Below are positions 48,055-56,720 of a stretch of DNA of 64,000 nucleotides, piece by piece. The notes beneath the pieces were generated by a model, which saw nothing but the letters and a program-made list of their open reading frames with translations, was not told where the DNA came from and made no database searches. Origin of the DNA: Candidatus Cloacimonadales bacterium (GTDB lineage Bacteria > Cloacimonadota > Cloacimonadia > Cloacimonadales > JAFGVF01). The stretch's first letter is position 1; each line of letters opens with the position of its first letter. A program made the translations under genes and the position numbers. The DNA is taken from contig OY759729.1 of the NCBI GenBank assembly GCA_963662585.1, forward strand, positions 3,104,001-3,168,000, in the 5' to 3' direction.

Positions 48055-49395
48055 CTAAAAGCCAAACACCCATGATGCAATTGAGAAATAGATAACTACA
48101 CCTAAAATATCAGAAATAGAAGTAATAAGTGGGGCAGAAGCAGTTGCAGGGTCTAATTTAAACTTTGTAAAGACAAAGGGAAGAGATAGGCCTATTAGGC
48201 TTCCTGCCATCACTGTAAGAACCATGGTCGAAGTTACAACCAAAATAATTTGGGGAGCTCGGAAGCTTGCGATTACACCAACTCCGATAGCCATTGTTAA
48301 ACCCAATAATAGCGAGACTAAAAACTCTTTTCCAATGAGATAAAACCAATCTCTCATTTCCACATCGCCTGTTGCTAGAGAACGAATCATAAGTGTTGCA
48401 GATTGAGCTCCAGCATTACCTCCACTACCTATCAAAAGAGGTAAAAAGAAGATTAAGGAAACAACTTTTTGAATAACATTATCAAATTGGGCAATGGCAG
48501 CTCCAGAAAAAACATTCATAAAGACTAAGGCAAAAAGCCACATAATTCTTCTTTTATAGAGAAATCCAATAGTGGCATTTAAAGGGTCTTCCACAGCATC
48601 TTGCATCGCACCAAATCTATGAAAGTCTTCAGTAGTCTCTTCTTCAATAAGGTCCATAATATCATCAAAGGTAACAATTCCTATTAAGGTACCTTCTTTA
48701 TCAATAACAGGTAAAGCAACCTTGTCATGATCTTGGAAGATACTGATAGCTTCTTCTTCATCTTCATAAGGACTTAAAGCAATGAATTTATTATCCATTA
48801 ATTCTTCGACTTTATCTTCAGGAGAAGCAAGAATCAACTCTCGAATTCTTAAATCATCTATTAATTTCCATTGATTATCAACAACATAGATCACATTAAG
48901 GGTTTCTGAATCTTGACCATATTTGCGAATGTGTTCTAAAGCTTGAGCAACTGTCATATATGACTTAATAGCTATGAATTCAGGAGTCATTAGACGACCA
49001 ATACTGTCTTCAGGATAACCCAAAAGGGTTGTTGCTATTTTGCGTTCTGCCGGAGTAAGGAGTTGGATTAAGCGTTGAGTAACGACACCTGGTAACTCTT
49101 CCAAAATTGCTGTTCTATCATCTGGGTCAAGGTCATTAAGAAGGTCAGATAATTTATTAGCATTAGAAGCTAATCTTTCAATGATTAACTCTTGTTTATA
49201 AAGGGGGAGTTCTTGAAAAGTCTCTTTTGCTAATTCACGAGGTAGTAACCTAAAAAGAATTATATCTTCAGGTTCAGAAAATTCATCAATTATCTCTGCA
49301 AGATCGACGAAATTCATATCGGCAACTAAATGCCTAATAGTCATCCATTTTTTTTCTTCAATTAAATCTTCAAATAGTTTAATGGTATCTTGCAT
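48055..49395 (-). CDS. mgtE: Magnesium transporter MgtE
   Basis: MgtE N domain, CBS pair (GRLMTPE, GIVTFDD), GGNAGAQ and DPATASAPLITSISD. Confidence 0.95.
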   Translation of the reverse strand: MQDTIKLFEDLIEEKKWMTIRHLVADMNFVDLAEIIDEFSEPEDIILFRLLPRELAKETFQELPLYKQELIIERLASNANKLSDLLNDLDPDDRTAILEELPGVVTQRLIQLLTPAERKIATTLLGYPEDSIGRLMTPEFIAIKSYMTVAQALEHIRKYGQDSETLNVIYVVDNQWKLIDDLRIRELILASPEDKVEELMDNKFIALSPYEDEEEAISIFQDHDKVALPVIDKEGTLIGIVTFDDIMDLIEEETTEDFHRFGAMQDAVEDPLNATIGFLYKRRIMWLFALVFMNVFSGAAIAQFDNVIQKVVSLIFFLPLLIGSGGNAGAQSATLMIRSLATGDVEMRDWFYLIGKEFLVSLLLGLTMAIGVGVIASFRAPQIILVVTSTMVLTVMAGSLIGLSLPFVFTKFKLDPATASAPLITSISDILGVVIYFSIASWVFGF

Positions 49396-49702
49396 ATTTT
49401 TCTCCCACCCTTTTTTACCAGACTATTTAATGTAGATCTTGTGTCAAACAAAAATATATTGAACTATAAAGATAAATTCAAGAAGGACAGATACCCAAGT
49501 CTGATAGGTTAATATTATCATTAAACTCAAAAATATACAATAGAGATTTAGAATAAACAATCAATATAAAATAACAAGATAAATTATTAGTAAAATTTAC
49601 TTGAAATTTAAAAGTCTGTTTAATCTAAAGTAGCAAATATTTTACTTGACTATTTTCCTCTGCTTATTAAAATTCCACAAGAATTATAATGATGAGGTAA
49701 AT

Positions 49703-50836
49703 ATGAAAATTACTATTTTGATAACAATGATATTACTATTTATATCACTACCTGCTTATCAGATAAATAATTATGAAACTTCCTTTTTTGACAGCTCACG
49801 AGATGAAAGAGAAATAAATACTAGGATATACTATCCTCTAGCTGAAAATAAGAATAATGACAGAGATGAAAGCTTCCCAAAACTTATCTTTGGTCATGGC
49901 TGGTTAATGTCTACAACGAATTATACTCAGTTAGCTGAATTCTATGCGAGTGCAGGATTTATTGTTGCTCTCCCTAATACTGAAAGTGGGTTGCTTCCAG
50001 ATCATAATGAATTTGCTTTAGATTTAATCTTTCTTGTAAATGCACTTGACTTAGAGAACAACAATGAAGATTCTCCTATTTATCAACAAGTAAATAATCA
50101 AGCCATAGTCTCAGGTCATTCTATGGGAGGTGGAACTTCTATTTTAGCTGCCTCACTAAGTAATGTGTTTGATGCAGTAGTGAATTTTGCTGCAGCTGAA
50201 ACTTCTCCTTCAGCTATAGACAGTGCTGGAAATATCCAAATTCCTACTCTGCTTTTTGCAGGTTCAAATGACAGTATTACTCCCTCAAATAGTAACCAGG
50301 AACCCATGTACCAAAATATTTCTGCTGATTATAAATGTATAGTTACCTTATCTGATGAGAATCATCTTGGGATTACTGATAATAATACAGCTTATGAACT
50401 TTCTTTACCTTTTATCAGATTTGCTTTAACAAATAATGATGAGAATAAAAATGAATTTGAAAATTTATTGTATACATATTCTACCAATAATCAAATTACT
50501 TATCTTCTTTATTTTAATCCTGTTTCAAACTTCTATAATACTGATGAAATAAATCAAGTAATTATTACAAACTCTCCCAATCCCTTTAATCCAAACACTT
50601 CAATCAGTTTCAAATTTGACAATCTGGAAGCTAAATCAAATATAGAGATTTATAATCTTAAAGGACAAAAAGTTAAAAGTATGACTATACCTGAACAGAA
50701 GAGTAATTTTTACGATTTAACATGGAATGCTACTGATCAAAATAATCAGGCTGTATCAAGTGGTATTTATCTTTATCGCTTAATCAGTAGTCAAGGTAAG
50801 GTCCTTGGGCAAGCAAAAATGATGCTAATAAAATAA
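49703..50836 (+). CDS. Secreted alpha/beta-hydrolase (cutinase/chlorophyllase/DLH-like) with a T9SS/FlgD C-terminal domain
   Basis: Signal peptide from ATG 49703 (SD GAGGT), FGHGW, GHSMGGG, GSND, ENH and an NSPNPFNP C-terminal domain. Confidence 0.88.
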   Translation: MKITILITMILLFISLPAYQINNYETSFFDSSRDEREINTRIYYPLAENKNNDRDESFPKLIFGHGWLMSTTNYTQLAEFYASAGFIVALPNTESGLLPDHNEFALDLIFLVNALDLENNNEDSPIYQQVNNQAIVSGHSMGGGTSILAASLSNVFDAVVNFAAAETSPSAIDSAGNIQIPTLLFAGSNDSITPSNSNQEPMYQNISADYKCIVTLSDENHLGITDNNTAYELSLPFIRFALTNNDENKNEFENLLYTYSTNNQITYLLYFNPVSNFYNTDEINQVIITNSPNPFNPNTSISFKFDNLEAKSNIEIYNLKGQKVKSMTIPEQKSNFYDLTWNATDQNNQAVSSGIYLYRLISSQGKVLGQAKMMLIK

Positions 50837-50934
50837 TCTTTGCAGGAGTTTATCTATTTCACTTATTAGTAAATCAAGAATTCCTGTACAGTTTTAGGTA
50901 GTCTTTTATTGATTAGTGTGGAATTAGCTTCAAA

Positions 50935-51080
50935 ATCAACGAAATTCATATCGGCAACTAAATGCCTAATAATCTTCTATTTTTTTTTCTTCGATTATAT
51001 TTTCAAATAGTATAATAGTATCTTACATATTTTTTTCCCACCCTTTTTTTACCAGACTATTTTAAGGGCTTCTTGTGTCA
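50935..51080 (-). pseudogene. Decayed duplicate of the mgtE 5' end and upstream region
   Basis: Direct repeat of 49303-49446 with a 33-bp identical core. Codon 2 has changed CAA>TAA. Confidence 0.85.
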
Positions 51081-51235
51081 GATTAAAGATTGCGGCACAA
51101 TCAGTGTTTAAGCCAATCAATTAGTTGTTTAATAATATAAAATCAAAAAAGATAATTTAATTCTTGACATAAAACTTTAATTATCGATTATTAAACCATG
51201 AGTATATTAAAAAGAATTTAGATAAAGGAGTAATA

Positions 51236-52606
51236 ATGAATTTACAAGAATTAATGCCCCTCCTCGATGGATATGGAGAATTAAGGTATCAAATTAACAG
51301 TAATTCTCAACTAGTGATGTCTAATGGAACACTTGTTCAGAATTCAAGCAGTGAAAACAAAGGATTCTCTGCTAGAATTTTAAAAGGATCTTCTTGGGGT
51401 TTTGCTTCAACTTCCCAACTAAATATTGAAAATATCAAAAGAACAATCAATCAAGCCCAAAATAATGCTAACTTTCTCAATGTTAAACAAGCAAGAGCAG
51501 ATTTATTACTGCCTTCAAGACCTATAAAGCTTGAAAGGGATTTATCTACAACAAAGAAGAAGTTATCTAGTAAAGAAAAGATCGAAATAATAACAGAATT
51601 GTCTGAATATGTTAAAAGTAAGTATAAAGATTTGGCTAATATCTCTTTAGTTATCAGAGACGATAAAGTTGAAAAGAATGTAATCACTGCAGATGGTTCT
51701 GTATTTAAGACTGTAATTCCTCGTGGCTTCATATTCTGTAATTTTATGATGCAAAATGGTGCAGGAATGATAACAGAAGGTTGCCAGCTTGGTGGTTTAG
51801 GTGAATTTGAAGACTATCATGATAAAATGGATGAATTCTATGAAAAAATAGAAGAAGCCTATGGTCATTTAATAAATAAGAAGTCTGCTGTATTTGCAGA
51901 AGCAGGAGTTCATGATGTAATTCTTGATTCTCATCTTGCTGGTATTTTAGCTCACGAAGCCATAGGACATACTACTGAAGCTGATATTGTGCGTGGTGGT
52001 TCCATTATGGAAGAGCTAATGGGTAAGCAAGTAGCTTCTGAAATAGTTAATTTAATAGATGTACCTCACACTTATAAGGGCCAACTTTGTCCTAGACCTG
52101 TCTTTGTTGATGATGAGGGTGTGGAGGCAGTAACAGCAAATATCATAGAAAATGGTATTCTTAAAAGTTTCATGCATAATAAAGGCTCAGCTCTCTCTTA
52201 TGGTGTAGCTCCTACTGGAAATGCTCGGGCAAGTCAGTATAGTGATGAACCAATTATTAGAATGAGAAATACTATGATAGTTCCAGGTAGAGAGAAATTA
52301 GAAGATATGATTAAAACTATTAAAGATGGTTATTATTTAATAAATCCTAATAATGGTGAAGCTGATAAAACTTCAGAATTTATGTTTGGTATTGTAAGAG
52401 GATATCAAATTAAAGATGGAAAGATAGCCAAAGCTATAAAAGAGACCACAATTTCAGGCATCGCAGTGACTTTACTAAAAACTATAACAGCAATCTCAGA
52501 TGATTTAACCTGGATAGGAAGTGGTACTTGTGGAAAGAAACAAGGCATAGCTGTCGGAATGGGTGGACCTGCTATCAAATGCAAAGTTAATATTGGAGGT
52601 AAGTAA
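51236..52606 (+). CDS. tldD: TldD metalloprotease subunit (copy 2)
   Basis: HEAIGHTTEAD, DDEGV, TGNAR, IRMRNT and CGK motifs. Confidence 0.92.
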   Translation: MNLQELMPLLDGYGELRYQINSNSQLVMSNGTLVQNSSSENKGFSARILKGSSWGFASTSQLNIENIKRTINQAQNNANFLNVKQARADLLLPSRPIKLERDLSTTKKKLSSKEKIEIITELSEYVKSKYKDLANISLVIRDDKVEKNVITADGSVFKTVIPRGFIFCNFMMQNGAGMITEGCQLGGLGEFEDYHDKMDEFYEKIEEAYGHLINKKSAVFAEAGVHDVILDSHLAGILAHEAIGHTTEADIVRGGSIMEELMGKQVASEIVNLIDVPHTYKGQLCPRPVFVDDEGVEAVTANIIENGILKSFMHNKGSALSYGVAPTGNARASQYSDEPIIRMRNTMIVPGREKLEDMIKTIKDGYYLINPNNGEADKTSEFMFGIVRGYQIKDGKIAKAIKETTISGIAVTLLKTITAISDDLTWIGSGTCGKKQGIAVGMGGPAIKCKVNIGGK

Positions 52607-53895
52607 TGGATATTAAACAAATCGCTTCATTAAGTTTGAATAAATTAGTAGAACTCGGAGTAGATAAGGCATCAGTTAATGTCGTTAGAAATTTCAGTTC
52701 TGAATTGCAGAAGGAGTTTAATGGTATTGATCTTTTTCGTGATGTAGATGCCATTGAAGTTGAATATAGAATAATAAATGATGATAGAGAAGGAATTCAT
52801 TCTTTTGCTTACTCTTCAGAAGAAGATATTATCGTAAATGCAGAGAAAGTAGTTAAAATAGCTTCAGAATCTAATCAGGATAAGTCTTATGGAATGGCCG
52901 CAGATAGCAAGTACCAAAAGCATTTTGGGATTGATAATCCAGATTCTGATTCCATGTATAAATTGCTTTCTGAGTTTGATCTAGAAAAAAATCAAGAGTT
53001 CCCGCAAATTACAGATACTACTTCAGTAATATTTAATAGGGAAGAAGTGTGTTATCTTAACAACTTAGGCTCAGAAATAGAGTATAGCAACGGTTTCTAT
53101 CAAATTCTATCACTTTTTTCAGCTGCCCAAGACGGGAAACACTCTTCTATGAACTTTTGCATTGAACCGTGTACAGAACTTCCTGAATCTATCTTAGGAA
53201 TCAAGAACTTTCAAGAAAAGTACCGTGATGTTATCTGGCAAATGGAACAAGAAGAATTTAAAGATAAATTTGTTGGTGATGTAATTATTAATCCTCTAAC
53301 TGTTATCTCTCTCTTTAGTAATATTATGAATGAAATTCAAGGACTCTCTCTAATCGAGAAAACTTCTCTTTTTCAGGATAAACTAAATGAGAAGATTTTT
53401 GATGAGAAATTAACTATTAAGGCAAATCCTGACCATGAAGACTTAGCCAATAAAGATATTTTTAATAGAGAAGGTTATCTAAATAGGGAAGATTATATCA
53501 TTGAAAATGGAAAGTTAAAGAACTTTATTGTTTCTGAATATGTAGCTAATAGAAGTGACTTTGATAGGAATATTCTGCCAATTCAAAATATGGTAATAGA
53601 CCCAGGAGATGTTAAGTTCGAAGATATGATTAAGTCTGTAAAAAAGGGAATTTTAATTAATAGAGTTTCTTTTGGCAGACCTAATAAAAATAAAGATTTC
53701 TCAGGTATTATTAAGAACTCTTACTATATTGAAGATGGTAAGATAAAACATCCTGTCAATGAAGTAATGATAACAGCAAATATAATTGAAATGTTTAACA
53801 ATATTGATTCAATTTCAATTGAGAGAGATAAATCTTTATCTGCTGTAATGGTACCTTGGATGAAGATCTCTGGGGTTAATATCTCAGGGAAATAA
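52606..53895 (+). CDS. pmbA: TldE/PmbA family protein (copy 2)
   Basis: TAATG overlap with tldD, FNREG / IIENGKL / DFSG / EVMITAN, and no HExxH. Confidence 0.82.
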   Translation: MDIKQIASLSLNKLVELGVDKASVNVVRNFSSELQKEFNGIDLFRDVDAIEVEYRIINDDREGIHSFAYSSEEDIIVNAEKVVKIASESNQDKSYGMAADSKYQKHFGIDNPDSDSMYKLLSEFDLEKNQEFPQITDTTSVIFNREEVCYLNNLGSEIEYSNGFYQILSLFSAAQDGKHSSMNFCIEPCTELPESILGIKNFQEKYRDVIWQMEQEEFKDKFVGDVIINPLTVISLFSNIMNEIQGLSLIEKTSLFQDKLNEKIFDEKLTIKANPDHEDLANKDIFNREGYLNREDYIIENGKLKNFIVSEYVANRSDFDRNILPIQNMVIDPGDVKFEDMIKSVKKGILINRVSFGRPNKNKDFSGIIKNSYYIEDGKIKHPVNEVMITANIIEMFNNIDSISIERDKSLSAVMVPWMKISGVNISGK

Positions 53896-53922
53896 CTAGA
53901 AGAGATAGAAAAATATAGTTAC

Positions 53923-53964
53923 AAAGAGATAGAGAGATTGAACAGTTTCTTTATCTCTTTTTTT
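53923..53964 (+). terminator. Intrinsic terminator after tldDE copy 2
   Basis: AAAGAGATAGAGAGATTG / CAGTTTCTTTATCTCTTT followed by a T-run. Confidence 0.65.
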
Positions 53965-54064
53965 ATTTTGAGTTTTAACCATAAAATATCAATTGACACA
54001 GAGGAAGGATTTTTAATTTATATTATATAAGTAATAAAACAAGAAAATAAGCGAGTAAAAATTA

Positions 54065-54865
54065 ATGATAGATAATTTTCATCATAAAAAAAAATGGGGA
54101 CAGCACTTTCTAAAAGATAATAATATTGTTAGAAAAATTGTTGCTGAATCAGAAATAACTAAAGAAGATAAGGTCTGGGAAATTGGTCCTGGAAAAGGTA
54201 TATTAACCCAAGAAATTCTGGCTGTATCGCCAAACTTATCAGTGTTTGAAATTGATCCTGAAGTAATTGAAATTATTCAAGAGAAATTCGGAGATAAGAT
54301 TGAAGTATATCCAGGAGATGTGATAAAAGTTGATTGGAAGCCACTTCTTACTGAACCAATTAAGATTGTAGCTAATATTCCTTATCAGATAACTTCACCA
54401 CTTCTCTATAAAATATGCAGAAACAGTGATTATATTAAGAGCGTTACTCTTATGGTACAGAAGGAATTTGCAGATAGACTTAAAGCAAAACCTAATACTA
54501 AAGAATATGCTGCTTTAACTCTCAAGACTCAGTTTTTTTACAATGTTAAGCAACTATTTAAAGTCCCTGCTCATCTCTTTTTCCCACCTCCAAGAGTAGA
54601 TTCAGCTGTTATTCATCTTACTCTGCGTGAGGATATTCCTGATATTGAAAATTTAGAGTTATTTAATAAATTGGTTGATGTAGCTTTCTCAATGAGAAGG
54701 AAAACTTTAAGAAATAACTTGAAAGCTTTTATTGGTGCTGATAACCTTAAGAAATTAGAAGAAGCTAAACTAATAGATCTAACTAGACGAGGAGAAACTT
54801 TAAGTGAAGAAGAGTATCTTAATCTCTATTCTTACCTTAATGATATTCTTAACATTAAACTCTGA
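54065..54865 (+). CDS. rsmA: 16S rRNA m6(2)A1518/1519 dimethyltransferase
   Basis: KKWGQHFL, EIGPGKG, ANIPYQIT, MVQKE, PPPRVDS and RRKTLRNNL motifs. Confidence 0.96.
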   Translation: MIDNFHHKKKWGQHFLKDNNIVRKIVAESEITKEDKVWEIGPGKGILTQEILAVSPNLSVFEIDPEVIEIIQEKFGDKIEVYPGDVIKVDWKPLLTEPIKIVANIPYQITSPLLYKICRNSDYIKSVTLMVQKEFADRLKAKPNTKEYAALTLKTQFFYNVKQLFKVPAHLFFPPPRVDSAVIHLTLREDIPDIENLELFNKLVDVAFSMRRKTLRNNLKAFIGADNLKKLEEAKLIDLTRRGETLSEEEYLNLYSYLNDILNIKL

Positions 54866-56600
54866 AGCTTACTTCAATTCTGATTATCATGAATATAATA
54901 ATAATCATCAATTGAATTACCAGTTCAAATATAATAAGAATTTCACTAAGTTTAATATAAACTTCATTAATAAGCTTCAAAAGTCTAATAATAAGATTTT
55001 TGACCAAGTTACTTCTTTAAATGACTTCAATACCAGAATTAGTACTAGCTTAAATAGAGTTAATCATGGTATCTTATTAACCTATAAAAAGAAATATGAT
55101 CATTATCCGCAATATCAGTTAGAAGGTGATATTACTGCTAATCAATATTATACTGGATATTTCCTAGATCTTTCTTTAACCGATAGTCTCTCCACTTCAG
55201 CTCAGATAGAATATGCTATAATTGAAGAAGACAATCCTAATATTAGTAATAAAGATTTTAAGAATGAAGGATATATTGCCAATATTAATACTAATTATGG
55301 CTTTAGAGCTTTAGAAAGTAATTTCAGTTTAAATCTTAAGTATGACAATGATAACCGCAGTAGAAATTACAAGAATCAAATGAATGCTGTGCTTAATCAT
55401 AATTTAGACAATGAATATATCTATTTTAATAATCAGCTTCTATATCAAATAGCACAAGATGATATCTTTAAATTGGAAGGTGATGAGTATAAACAGACAG
55501 ATACCCAAAATAGAGATAATTTCCAAATTATTAGTCAGATTGCCAATAATTATGGCGAAAGATTCTCGGGTATGCTGGAAAGTATCTTTAAGAAGAATAA
55601 CAATCGACTTAATAATTCCCTTAACAAGACTAGTAAAGATGAAAGCTTAGATTTATTAGCCAATATGGATTATCAACTTTTCGAGAAGATAGGTGTATTT
55701 ACAGAGAGTGCTTATAGTTATTCTAACAAGAGCTTTTCTGAAGAGTCTAACAATAGGGAGAGTGATACCAAGAAGATAAAATTAGGAATAAACTTTAGTA
55801 ATACTTTTCTTGATTCCTTATCTGTTAGTCAATCTATTGAAAAGGTTAGTACTAATTTCCCTAAGGCTGAACGAGGGTTTGATAATGACTATGTTACTGA
55901 AATTACTAGAGTAGATTTTCGCAAGTTATTCTCTGAAATAGTTAATTTTGATAATCATATCATCTATAGTAAGATTCAGGAAATATATATTAATAGCAGA
56001 TATTCAGCAAGTAATAATATCAAGACAAGCTACAGTTATTACCCTAATATAGATATTTTGTTAGGAGATAATTTGCTTATTTCTCAATTATATACCATCA
56101 GAATTGATTATGATGATTATCTTTTTGATAGCCTTACTAATAATGATGCAAGTTACACCCTTTATGATAGATTCTATCGTCAAGTATCTGCAGAATATAA
56201 AATTAGATATGATAATTCCCCAGTAAGAAACCAACTGAATGCTTCTATCTGGAAGAAACCTAATAATCTTATTTCTCTGAGAAATAATATTAACACAAGC
56301 CTTGGATATAAGTATTTTGCTAATGAAACAGGTGATAAAAAGAGTAATATCTATGATATAACTGGAGAAAATAAGAAACACGAACTTTATCTCTTTGCCG
56401 AAAAGAATTTTGGTTCAATAAACTTATCAACTCGTCCCAAAGCAGGTTGGGGTAATGCAGAAACTTATGAAGTAGAATCAGCTTTTACCTATAATAAATC
56501 AGAAGAAACTAATCTGAAAATTAGCTTCAAGCCCAAATATGAAGTAGATAACAAAGAGTTCGTTTATACCATTGATACGATGATCAGTGTTAGGTTTTAA
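54804..56600 (+). CDS. Hypothetical outer-membrane beta-barrel protein
   Basis: GTG start with SD AGGAG inside rsmA, signal peptide, Asn/Tyr-rich alternating strands and C-terminal Phe. Confidence 0.7.
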   Translation: MKKSILISILTLMIFLTLNSEAYFNSDYHEYNNNHQLNYQFKYNKNFTKFNINFINKLQKSNNKIFDQVTSLNDFNTRISTSLNRVNHGILLTYKKKYDHYPQYQLEGDITANQYYTGYFLDLSLTDSLSTSAQIEYAIIEEDNPNISNKDFKNEGYIANINTNYGFRALESNFSLNLKYDNDNRSRNYKNQMNAVLNHNLDNEYIYFNNQLLYQIAQDDIFKLEGDEYKQTDTQNRDNFQIISQIANNYGERFSGMLESIFKKNNNRLNNSLNKTSKDESLDLLANMDYQLFEKIGVFTESAYSYSNKSFSEESNNRESDTKKIKLGINFSNTFLDSLSVSQSIEKVSTNFPKAERGFDNDYVTEITRVDFRKLFSEIVNFDNHIIYSKIQEIYINSRYSASNNIKTSYSYYPNIDILLGDNLLISQLYTIRIDYDDYLFDSLTNNDASYTLYDRFYRQVSAEYKIRYDNSPVRNQLNASIWKKPNNLISLRNNINTSLGYKYFANETGDKKSNIYDITGENKKHELYLFAEKNFGSINLSTRPKAGWGNAETYEVESAFTYNKSEETNLKISFKPKYEVDNKEFVYTIDTMISVRF

Positions 56601-56720
56601 TCTGGAAATATAACTTTTTACTAAATAAATTTAATTAATTATTAATTATTAATAATTATAAAAAATAAGCTTGACTTAATTTTGTGTATCTGAAACATTG
56701 ATCAAATTCGAGGTGAGACA

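Noticed and set aside
49396..49645. M-box (ykoK) riboswitch upstream of mgtE
   Set aside because: A TTGACA box lies only about 50 bp from the start and no GC-rich structured leader is visible.
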